From Mobula hypostoma (Eukaryota), in assembly GCF_963921235.1 (NCBI RefSeq), contig NC_086108.1:26288001-26352000 (forward strand): DNA of 64,000 nt. Reading direction: 5' to 3'. The notes below the pieces were generated by a model that saw only the letters and a list, made by a program, of their open reading frames with translations, was not told the origin of the DNA and ran no database searches. The translations under genes were made by a program, and so were the position numbers. This document shows positions 48,795 to 60,270 of the stretch, piece after piece. Numbering within the stretch: the stretch's first letter is position 1; each line of letters begins with the position of its first letter.

Positions 48795-48975
48795 AGATAG
48801 TTCATTGGCTATATTTAAGAGGGAGTTAGATATGGCCCTTGTGGCTAAAGGGAAGGCTGGTGCAGGGTTCTGAGTTGGATGACCAGCCATGATCATACTG
48901 AATGGTGGTACAGGCTCAAAGGGCCGAATTGCCTACTGCTGCACCTATTTTCTATGTTCCTATGTTTCTATGTTT
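48795..48975 (+). mobile_element. CR1 3' end with (CTATGTTT)n tail
   Basis: FKRELD remnant, GAATGGTGG..CAGGCTCAAAGGGCCGAA 3' UTR, octamer tail. Confidence 0.85.
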
Positions 48976-50904
48976 ACCATTTTGGTGGTTCTGAACTGAC
49001 ATGTATGCCAGCTTGAGTAAGGATAGCAGATGTCTTTTCCATATGAACATTAGACAAGCAGTATTTCCACGGCACCATAACTGAGACTAGTTTTACATTA
49101 TAATTCCACATTTATTTTTATTTTATTTTATTTCATTCAAATTTAGATCAGAACCCCAGCTGTTAATTCAGTAATTAAACCATTGCATTGCCATACTGTT
49201 ATCATTCACTGAAGAGGGAAAAGTTCTTTGAGCATCGCCTATCAACAATTCTTTTTTTTAAGAAAAGTAAAATCCTGATCCTCCAGGTCTGCATGTGGTA
49301 ATGGAAAGTGTCTTCAACAGGACTGTCAGGCTTCTGCTCACTAATCCAGGACTTAGGTTTCACTTGGACCATATTACTTGACGTCCCATTTTGTACATTG
49401 TCCAAGCAAGGACAATGGAGCATAAATTTCAGAGGTGAGAGAGCCTGATCATCATGGCAGCTTTTGAAAAATGTGGAATTAAATGGACTGGGAATTATTG
49501 AGAAACTCGGATTATATCTTGCACAAAGTAGGATGGTTGTGGTTGCTGGAGAAGAATGTCAGAGAATGACCATCTCTAACAAGAGTCTATTCACCTCCAT
49601 TTGATACTTAACAGTGTTACAATCCTGAGAGTTAGCATTGACGCAGAGCTTTGTTGCTCCAGCCAGATAAATACCATGGTTACAAGAGCACATTAGAGAC
49701 AAGAAACCCTGCAGGATACCCTCCACAAAACATTTCTTCCATTCTTCCACCTTCAGGCATAGCCAGAGAGTTATGGAATACTTACGACTCTGTCGACTGA
49801 CTGGAGCTCCACAACGGGACGGCTAACGTCACCCAAGACAAAATAATTTAACTGAATTGCTCCTCTTTCAGCAACTTAAGCATTCAATCTCTCCATCACT
49901 ACTATAATATGACAATTGTTGGCACTAGCAAGATGTACTATAGCAATTAGGCAAGAAACCTTTGATAGCAAAGCAAGAAGGTGCATAAAGATCTCTAAGC
50001 TCTCACAGCTGAACATCATAACTTGTAATGTTACTGCCATTTAACTGCAATTGGGCCAAAAGCCCAAAACTCCATATTTAACAAAGCGTGGGAATAACAT
50101 TACCAAACTAAAGCACAGCAGTCTCTGAAAGGCACTCACTATCATATACTCAGGGGTAGCTGGGACTGGGCAAAAACATGCTGACAGGACTGACCATGTC
50201 CACTTCACTTGAATAAACTAAATGAAAGAAGTCCGTGTTCTGTGTTTAACAACAATTGAGCAACATAGAGATGAGAAATGCATTTGTAATAGAATGAAAG
50301 TTGCCTTGGTAACAGAGGATTTAAGAGTCGTCTGAGCAGCAAGAAAATTAATGTTGCCTTGGTGATGGGATTGCGAGTCACCTCAATAATATGAAATGAG
50401 AATTACTTCATTGAGGAGATTTGAATGAACAATTCTAGATTGTTCTCTCAATTTTAAGGGTACAGTCTGATGCATCTTGATACTGGCAGCTCTGAAATGC
50501 ACTCTACATTAATACATTTACCTGAGAGTACCTTCCAAACCAGCAACATTGATACAATTGACCCAAAAAATCTGGTCCATTTGATCTCTCAGCACTGCAA
50601 GAAAACAATCCTAAAACCATCCCAAGAGATAGGAGGCGTAATTATCTCAAGTACTTTTGAATTTCAAATGCAATTATCAATTTTCAAAGGAAAAGTACTG
50701 AATTTCCTTGGGCTTGCCCTTGATATTATCAACTGTTATTGGAATGAAATGGAAAGTGTACCACTTCCATGGCACAGGCTCTTGGAAGTTTATATCCATG
50801 GTCTTTAATTGAATGAAGATACTGTATATTCACAGATGATTCTTTCCGAATGGAGCTGTCACTGTCTGCAGCTGCTGCAGTAACAATTATTGGATTGAAA
50901 ATCA

Positions 50905-51620
50905 AAACAAAAACTGCTCTTGCTGGGAATCTAAAATATAAATGAAAAATTTTGGAAATATTCAGCAGGTCAGAGAGTCTTTGCCAGAACTAGGAAGGAG
51001 ACAAATGACTCCTGTAAAGCTGCCTTCAGTCCAAATTGTGGACCCTCTCACCTGTCTTCAGTACTCCAATTCATCTTGAAATATCCCCCGGGCTAGTTAC
51101 CCTCTCTAGACCTATTTACTGCTAATCTCCAATATGCTATTAACCATCTTGACTTTTCTACTGCTTTCTCATGCACTCCACTCACTTAAAAACAACCCTG
51201 ATGGCATCACCAAATCTGTAGACAGTAATGATGTTATTGTGCTCTAGTGAACTAAACTCAATCATACAGAAACCAGACATTAGTTCTGTGATACCTCCTT
51301 GTACCATCCTTTGGACATTGAACATTAGGGCATGATCTTCCAGACAGTCATAAACCACATTTGTCCTGTGTGGCTTCCAATCTTACAATGTTTCTGTCCA
51401 CACAGCTCACTTCTTTCTTCTGGCCAAAACTGCCTGTTCTTGCCTCACCAAAGTTATTTCTTCTTACCTAGACTCCATCATCTCTCCTCAGGTCCAGTGC
51501 TTATACTATTTTTTGTACTATTGGTAGGTGTGCTGTAAATCCACAAAGCATGAGATTAGCATGAATTTTATCCCTGGTCTTACCCCAACTCCCCTCTCTT
51601 CCAGAAGATTTACCAAGTTA
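50905..51620. mobile_element. Very old PLE RT N-terminal remnant
   Basis: pLTR-like start and degraded SKLWT..LDLFTAN..., ITKSVD...VIV, FFLPRLH similar to the N-terminal part of the 25121-27034 ORF. Confidence 0.45.
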
Positions 51621-53153
51621 CTGCTTGGACTAGCGGCCCAAGTTATAAGGAGAGGTAGTTGACGAGGACTTTATTCACTGGATCAAAGGAAATTGAGGCT
51701 ATAGACAGGGTGAAAGCATATAGTCTTTTATCCTAGGGGGTAGGTTGCTAAACCAACAGGATATAGGTTTAAAATCAGAGGCGAGAGATTTGAAAGGGAC
51801 ATCAGGGGCAGCTTCTTCATGCAATGGGTACTATATATTTGAAATTGCCCACTTAAGGTAGTGATTGAGGCAGGCATGTTAGCAATATTTAAAAGCCACC
51901 TAGAATAATACATGGTGGCATTACTGTCAGGGAAGATGTCATGGCTGTGCTCAGATAGGATAGATTGGAGAGCTCCTGTACAGAGGCTATATGGGTGGAA
52001 CTGAAGAATAAAAACAGGATGACCATGTAAATGGGACTATGCTATAAACCAATAGTCATCAGTATTCAGAGGAGCAAATCTGTAGAGAGATTGCAGACAG
52101 TTGAAAGATGCACCAGGTTATGACAGTATGTAATTTCAGCTTTCCCCATATTCGTCTGGATTCCCACGTTTTAAAAAGGATAGATAGAATAGAGTTTGTC
52201 AAGTGTATTCAGGAAATATTCCTTAATCAAAATAAAGAGGTCCCAATTTGAGAGTCTCCTGTCAGGGAATGAGACAGGGTAGCTGACAGGGGAGTGTGCA
52301 GGGTAACATTTTATATCAAGTGATCACAATTCCATTAGTTTCAAGATAATTCTGGAGAAGGATAGGTCTGGTCCTGGTTGAGATTCAAAATTGGAGAAAG
52401 ATCAATTTTGATGGCATCAGAAGGATGTGGCATGTGTGAATTAGGGCAGGTTGTTTTTTGGTCATGGTGTGGTTGGTAAGTGGGAAACCTTCAAACCTGG
52501 GACTCTGTACCTCCCTCTGCAACTGGATGCTTGATTTTTTTGATTGGGAGATGACAGTCAGTGTGGATCAAAAATAACATGTCTTCCTTACCGACATTCA
52601 ACATTGGCACACCTCAAGGAACTGTGCTTCTCTGTGCCCACTTCTCTCCCTCTACACTCATGACTGTGTAGCTAGGCACAGCTGAAACATAATCTATAAA
52701 TTTACTAATGGCAAAACTGTTGTTGACAGAATTTCAGATGGTGATGAGGAAGCATACAAGAGTGAGATAGAGTGGCTGGTTGAATGGGGTCGCAACAACA
52801 ACCTCGGAGTGAAAGTCAGTAAGACCAAAGAATTCATGAAGGGCAAGTCAAGAGAACAGACACCAGTCCTCAGGCATCAGCAGTGGACAGAGTGGAATTT
52901 CAAGTTCCTGGGTGACAACACCTCTGAAGATTCATCCTGGACCTAACATATTGATGCAATTACAAAGAAGACATGAAATTGTTATATTTCAATAGGAGTT
53001 TGTGGAGACGTGGTATACCACCAAAGACTCCAGTAAGTTTCTACAAAAGTACCGTGGAGAACATTCAAAATAGTTGTATCACTGTCTTGTATAGAGGACC
53101 ACTGCACATGATCAGACGAAGCTGCAGAAGGCTGCAAACTCAGCAAACTCCAT

Positions 53154-54525
53154 CATAGAACCATAGAACCATAGAAACTACAGCACAGAAACAGGCCTTT
53201 TGGCCCCTCTTGGCTGTGCCGAACCATTTTCTGCCTAGTCCCACTGACCTGCACACGGACCATATCCCTCCATACACCTCCCATCCATGTATCTGTCCAA
53301 TTTATTCTTAAATGTTAAAAAAGAACCCGCATTTACCACCTCGTCTGGCAGCTCATTCCATACTCCCACCACTCTCTGTGTGAAGAAGCTCCCCCTAATG
53401 TTCCCTTTAAACTTTTTCCCCCTCATCCTTAATCCATGTCCTCTGGTTTTTTTCTCCCCTTGCCTCAGTGGAAAAAGCCTGCTTGCATTCACTCTATCTA
53501 TACCCATCATAATTTTATATACCTCTATCAAATCTCCCCTCATTCTTCTACGCTCCAGGGAATAAAGTCCTAACCTATTCAATCTTTCTCTGTAACTGAG
53601 TTTCTCAAGTCCCGGCAACATCCTTGTAAACCTTCTCTGCACTCTTTCAACCTTATTTATATCCTTCCTGTAATTTGGTGACCAAAACTGAACACAGTAC
53701 TCCAGATTCGGCCTCACCAATATCTTATACAACCTCATCATAACATTCCAGCTCTTATACTCAATACTTCGATTAATAAAGGCCAATGTACCAACAGCTC
53801 TCTTTACGACCCTATCTACCTGTGACAAGACTTTTAGGGAATTTTGTATCTGTATTCCCAGATCCCTCTGTTCCACTGCACTCCTCAGTGCCTTACCATT
53901 AACCCTGTATGTTCTACCTTGGTTTGTCCTTCCAACATGCAATACCTCACACTTGTCTGTATTAATCTCCATCTGCCATTTTTCAGCCCATTTTTCCAGC
54001 TGGTCCCAGTCCCTCTGCAGGCTCTGAAAACCTTCCTCACTGTCTACTACACCTCCAATCTTTGTATCATCAGCAAATTTGCTGATCCAATTTACCACAT
54101 TATCATCCAGATCATTGATATAGATGACAAATAACAATGGACCCAGCACTGATCCCTGTGGCACACCACTAGTCACAGGCCTCCACTCAGAGAAGCAATT
54201 CTCTACCACCACTCTCTGGCTTCTTCCATCGAGCCAATGTCTAATCCAATTTACCACCTCTCCATGTATACCTAGCAACTGAATTTTCCTAACTAATCTC
54301 CCATGCGGGACCTTGTCAAAGGCCTTACTGAAGTCCATGTAGACAATATCCACTGCCTTCCCTTCATCCACTTTCCTGGTAACCTCCTCAAAAAACTCTA
54401 ACAGATTGGTCAAACATGACCTACCACGCACAAAGCCATGTTGACTCTCCCTAATAAGCCCCTGTCTATCCAAATGCTTGTAGATTCTGTCTCTTAGTAC
54501 TCCCCTCCAATAACTTACCTACTAC
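53154..54525 (-). mobile_element. Young 5'-truncated CR1 LINE with (GTTCTATG)n tail
   Basis: Uninterrupted RT-to-C-terminus ORF; octamer tail at 53154-53177. Confidence 0.95.
53235..54473 (-). pseudogene. CR1 ORF2 reverse transcriptase, 412-aa open C-terminal segment
   Basis: SQHGF..GRSCLTNL, YMDFSKAFDKVPH, SGVPQGSVLGPLLF, KFADDTK, RPNLEYCVQFWSP, TRGH. No endonuclease or promoter (truncated). Confidence 0.93.
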
Positions 54526-57298
54526 TGGGCACTAGTCTCCCCAGCATCGAGCACGTCTTCAAAAGATGATACCTCAGAAGGACTGCACTCATCATTAAGG
54601 ATCCCCATTACCCTGGACATACCCTCTTCTCATTTCTACAATCAAGTAGGAGGTACAGGAGCCTGAAGACACAGACTCAACATTTTAGGAACAAGTTCTT
54701 CCCTTCCACCATCAGATTTCTGACTGGGCAATGAATCTATATGCACTACTTCTCTATTTTTTTGCACTACTTATTTAAATTTATATATGTGTCTGATTAT
54801 AGTTTATAGGTTTTTTTTTATTATAACTATGTATTGCACTGTGCTACTGCCATAAAACAAAAAATGTCATGCTATCAGCCAGTGATATTAAACCAGATTC
54901 TCATTATGATTAAAATAAGGCATGTGGTTACTCTCACAGACAAGGTGAAGGAGAAACCCAAGGCCTTCTAGAGATGTATTAAAAGCAAGAGGATAGCAAG
55001 TGACAGAATTGGTCCTCCTGAAGATCAGAGTAGTAATTTATGCATGGAGCCAAAAAGATGGAGGTAATCTTAAATGGAATTCTTAGCATCTGTATTTACT
55101 GGGGAGATGGACACAGAGTCTATAGTTGTGAGGCAAAGCAGCAGTGGGATTATGGACCGTAAACAGATTACAGAGGAGGAAGTGTTTGCTGTCGTGAGGC
55201 AAATTAGGGCAGACAAATCCCCAGGGCTTGATCATGTGTCCCTTCAGACCTTGTGAGAGGCTAGTGCAAAATTTGCAGGGCCCTAGGAGAGATATCTAAA
55301 ATCCCTGAGTCACAGGTGAATTGTAAGCAAGATGGCTAATGTTGTTTCAGTGTTGAAGAATAAGTCAGAAAATTTTAGGCCAGTGAGCCTGATTTCAGTA
55401 GTGGGAAAGTTATTGGAAGGTCTTCTAAGGGCCCAGATATATAAGTATTTCAAAAGCCAGGGAGTGATGAGGGATAGTCAACATAGTTTTGTGTTTGGCA
55501 GATCATGTCTAAACAACCTTACAGAATTTTCTTGAGGAAGTTACCAGGAAAGTCGACAAAGGCAAGGCAGTGGATGTTGTCTGCGTGGACTTTCGCAAGG
55601 CCTTTCACAAGATCTTGCATGGGAGGTTGGTCGAGGAGCTTCAATCATTTGAAGGTAAAAAATTGGATTAGACATTGGCAGAGAGTGATAGTTCATGGTT
55701 TCCTCCCTGACTGAAGGCCTGTGAACAGTGGTGTGCCACAGGGATAATTGTTGTTTGTCATCTATATCAATGATCTGGATGATAATATGGTAAATTGGAT
55801 CAGCAAGTTTGCGGATGACACCAAGATTGGGGGTATTATGGACAGCTATCAAAGCTTGGAGTGTGATCTGGACCATTTGAAAGCATGAGGTGAAAAGTAG
55901 CAGATGGAATTAATGCAGACAAGTATAAGGTATTGCACTTTGGGCAGATAAACCAGGAAAGGACTTGAAGAGTGAACAGCAAGTTACCAAGCAGTGAGGT
56001 AGAACTGAGGGATCTGGGAATACAGATCCATAAATCCTTAAAGTGGCACCACAGTAGATAAGGTCGTAGGTGTAGGGGCTTGGTGGTTAGGCAGTTAGAT
56101 TGGAAGAGAAGGAGGAGTTTCATGCTAAATTCACAACTAATGGACATCTGCATGGAGCATACACAAATAATACATGGAACATTGGTTACCGGCAGGAAAT
56201 TGAAATTTTTGGCAAATTTATATGTCATCTATAATAGACCAGCACATTTTGAGGGGAAAAAAAACACCTTTTTCCTCTGGAATCCTTTGTGCTGACACAG
56301 AAGATCAGGTTAAAATGGGAAGGAGAGCAACATCTTTATGGAGCAATTACGTAGACAACTTAAATTGACCACTTCCCCAAGTCCATTGAGAAGATGAAGA
56401 TGGTCTTCAAAAATCATTACTGGTGACTGAGTATGGAGACTATACGAGTCACACTCAATGCCAAAATGGCCTGTCAGATGTTTCAGGTCTGTCAAGTCAT
56501 GTTTACTGTCAGTCTCTTTGGCAATGGTGAATTTGGCTCCAGAAATGTAATTAGCTACACACATATTATCTTTATTTCTTTTCCTTGTAGTCTAGTAGTC
56601 TAATTAACAATGAAGCGTAAGACAAAGGTTAAATCAAATTGACACCCACTGGAAGGTCAATTGCAGACGCCTCAGAATATACAAAAGTTTGAACATATGC
56701 TGCATCAAGTTTAAGGACAGCTTCTGTTCTGCTGTTATAAGACTCTTGAAAGGACCTGTTATATGCTCAGGATGATAACTGAATTTCTTAATCTACCACA
56801 TCATGGAACTTGAATTATATTTCTCTCCCTGAACTGCACTTCCCCTGAAACTGTAACACCATCAACTGCATTCTGTTTTGCATTCTTTTGAATCATGGAA
56901 TCATAAAGCAATATAGTATTGATATGGGCCGTTTGGCCCAATTAATCCATGGAGAAAAAAGCACCCAGCTAGTCCGAGTATCTTGTTTTTGCCCATATCC
57001 CTCTAAGCTCTTCCATTTTATGTACATATCTAAATGCTTCTTATATGATACCAATGTGCCTGCTTCAAAAACTTCTACCAGCTTATTCTATGCATTAGCC
57101 ACTTCCTTGTTATTTGGAATAGCATCAGTGAGTAAAAATAAATCAAATATCTTTGCACAACTTTCTCTCTAGCCTCCCACAAAGTCCAAGAATGCACTGG
57201 GTCAGGCTTTATGGATTTATTCACCTTATTCACCGAAAAGTTGCAAATACTTCTTCCTTGATAATATAAATTTTTTCCAAAGCATCTTCACTTTTTCC

Positions 57299-57652
57299 CC
57301 ACAAAATGCTGGAGAAACTCAGTAAGTCAAGGGGAAAATGAAGGGGAATAAACAGACAATGTTTTGGGCCTAGACCATTCATTGGAATTGGCAAGAAAAG
57401 GGCAAAGGTCAGAATAAGAAGATGGAGGGAGGAGTGGAAGGAAGACCAGTTAGCAGGTAATCGGTGAGACTGGGTGGGGAAGGGGGAAACTAATAGGAAA
57501 GAACGGTGTACCATGGAAGAAAGGGAAGAAGGAGAGGGTGATGAGCTGGTGAGAGTTTGGGGACAACACATTGACTGTTTATTCCAATCCATAGATGCTG
57601 AAGTATGTGTGCTTCTCAAGATTTCCAACATCTGCAAAATCTCTTGTGTTTA
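57299..57652. mobile_element. Fold-back PLE pLTR pair
   Basis: Minus pLTR at 57299-~57545; plus pLTR end with tail to ~57652. Confidence 0.7.
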
Positions 57653-58132
57653 CCATTTGTTTTCCTTATCTCTTTATCAACCATGATTTTTCTCCTCTGT
57701 AAGAATTCCACCCATTTGCTGAAGCTCAAGAAATAGGCAGCCTTCTTGATCTCTAAGCTGATCCATAGTTTCCATTTTGACTGTTTACAGCTATGGGACT
57801 TCTTGGGATTTTCCTTAACCTAACCAGATGCAACTTGTGCCCTCTCTTTGCCTTCCTGATTTCACTCATAAGAGTACTCTATCTTTATCATGAAGGGATT
57901 TGCTCAAACTTGACCTCCTAAATCCTCCTTTTCCTTGAACAGAGTCTCAATATCTCTTGTTAGCCAAGGTTTCATAACTTGTCAGGTTTACCTTTCACCC
58001 TAAAAGGAACTTGCTACTCCTAGACACTTGCAATCAGATTGTTAAAAGCCTCCACTTGCATTTCACTACTTTTCCTTTCAAACAGACTCACCCTTAAACT
58101 CTGCTAGATCCTGTGTAATTTCCTCAATACTA

Positions 58133-58376
58133 GACCTGCTCCACTTGGTGACATCTGTGTAGGGATGGAGTTCGTATTCTGGAGATGGAAAGAACAACCA
58201 GAAGACAGTAGAAGAGGGCCAGGAGAAATGCAGCCCTGGTTGCCACCACTACTACATATACATGTCCCACCTGCAATAGAGCTTGTGGGTCCAGGATAGG
58301 ACTGTATAGTCATCAAAGATCTCACCGTTAAAGGAGTGGACGTCGTCATCGGATTTCGATGGACAACCGAAGAAGA
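58133..58376 (+). mobile_element. RTE LINE extreme 3' end (absent from the ORF track)
   Basis: STW*HLCRDGV..LEMER...YTCPTCNRACGSRIGLYSHQRSHR*, then GTCATCGGATTTCGATGGACAACCGAAGAAGA. Flanked by GACCTGCTCCA / GACCTGTTCCA. Confidence 0.85.
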
Positions 58377-58557
58377 CCTGTTCCAGTTTAGGACCATAAT
58401 CTGTGGATCTGTCTTACCCTTTTCCATCGCTGTCTTAAAACTAAATAGAATTATGGTCACTAGAACCAAAGTGCTTTATGACTGCCACTTCAGTTACTGC
58501 TGCCTTGCCTTGTTCACTAAGGAGATTCACTTTTGCACCAAACTGAGTAGGGCTCTC

Positions 58558-60270
58558 AGCAACACTCACAACACGCTGAAGAAACTCAGCAGGTCAGGCA
58601 ACATCCGTGGAAACGATCAGTCAATGTTTTGGGCCGGGACCCTTCATCCCTTCGTCAGGACTGAAGAGGGAAGGGGCAGAGGCCCTATAAAGAAGGTGGG
58701 GGGAGGGTGCGAAGGAGAAGGCTGGAAGGTGCCAGGAGAAAAACCAGTAAGGGGAAAGATAAAGGGGTGGCGGAGGGGATAGGCAGGAAAGGTGAAGAAG
58801 GAAAATGGGAAAACACAGTGGGTAGTAGAATGTCTCTACACCTCTTCTATTTATCCCTGTAAGCGTAAGTGCTACACCTGTCCCTATACCTCCTCCCTCT
58901 TACTTACCCTTGGACCAGGACCTCACCAAAAAACATCAAACCTTCACTGCCCTGATCAACTCCGGAGACCTTCCATCCTCAGCCACTAAACTCATAATTC
59001 TGCTCGGTTTTACCTCCTCCCCAAGCCTGATGTCCCGGTAGACCCACAGTTTCTGCCTGCTCCTGCCCCACTGAACTTGTATCTGCCTACCTGGACTCCA
59101 TTTTGTCACCCATAGTTCAGTCCCTCCCCACCTACATCCGGGATACATCCCATGCCCTCCACCTCTTCAATAACTTACAGTTCCCCGGTCCTAACCACTT
59201 CATTTTCACTATGGACGTCCGATCCTTATACACCTCCATTCTCCATCAAGAAGGCCTCAAAGCCCTCCACTACTTTCTGGACAATAGACCTCACCAGGTA
59301 CCCACCACCACTACCCTCCTCCGGTTGGCGGAACTGGTACTCACACTTAATAACTTCTCTTTTGGCTCTTCCCACTTTCTTCAGACCAAGGGTGTAGCTA
59401 TGGGCACTCACGTGGGACGCAGCTACGCCTGCCTCTTCGCTGGTTATGTGGAACAGTCTGTGCTCCAAACCTATTCTGGTACTTCTCCCCAACTTTTCCT
59501 TCGGTACATTGACGACTACATTGGTGCTGCTTCCTGCACCTATGCTGAGCTCGTCAATTTTATCGACTTTACTTCAAACTTCCACCCAGCCCTCAAATTC
59601 AGTTGGTCAATCTCGGACACTTCTCTCCTCTTTCTCGATCTCTCGGTCTCCATCTCTGGAGACAGACTGTCCACTGACATCTTCTACAATCTCACTGACT
59701 CTCATAACTAACTCAACTATACCTCTTTCCACCCTGCCACATGCAAAAATGTCATTCGCTATTCCGAGTTCCTCCGTCTCCGCCGAATCTGCCCCCAGGA
59801 TGAGGCTTTCTGTTCCAGGACATCTCAAATATCCTCTTTCTTTAAGGATCGTGGTTTCCCTTCTGCCGTCGTCAATGATGCCCTCACCCGCATCTCCTCC
59901 ATTTCCCGCACTCCGGCCCTCACCCCATCCTCCCGCCACCACAACAGGGATAGCGTTCCCCTTGTCCTCACCTACCACTCCACTAGCATCCGGATCCAGC
60001 ACATTATCCTCCGCAACTTCCGCCACCTTCAACAGGACCCCACCACTAAGCACATCTTTCCCTCTCCACCCCTCTCCACTTTCCGCAGGGATCATTTCAT
60101 CCGTGACTCCCTGGTCCACACGTCCCTTCCCATGGATCTCCCACCTGGCACTTATCCCTGTAAGTGTAAGTGTAACACCTGTCCCTACACCTCCTCTCTG
60201 CCGGACCTGCTGAGTTCCTCCAGCGTGTTGTGAGTGTTGCTTTGACCCCAGCATCTGCAGATTACTTTGT
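58558..60270 (+). mobile_element. Rearranged PLE: inverted tail-less pLTR, RT, pLTR tail; GIY-YIG deleted; 13-14-bp TSD
   Basis: MDVRSLYTSI, QTKGVAMG, RYIDD. TGAGTAGGGCTCTC at 58544-58557 and 60270-60283. Confidence 0.92.

Larger units (their letters stand above)
52496..54910 (+). mobile_element. Degraded Rex1/Babar LINE (52496-53156 and 54526-54910)
   Basis: SLCNW.LDF, GTPQG, FYKSTVENI..SCIT; resumes as GTSLPSI...IIKDPH.PGH and ends in a GATTCT-type tail. Confidence 0.85.
51912..56070 (+). mobile_element. Degraded CR1 ORF2 (endonuclease 51912-52495; RT 54911-56070) hosting nested LINEs
   Basis: EAIWVELKNK, SDHNSI, KE.PKAF..IKSKR, KSPGLD, NFRPVSL.SVVGKLLE, FADDTK. Confidence 0.88.

Noticed and set aside
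49200..50200. Ancient CR1/L2-like LINE remnant
   Set aside because: Only faint motif similarity; family and boundaries cannot be supported without an HMM search.
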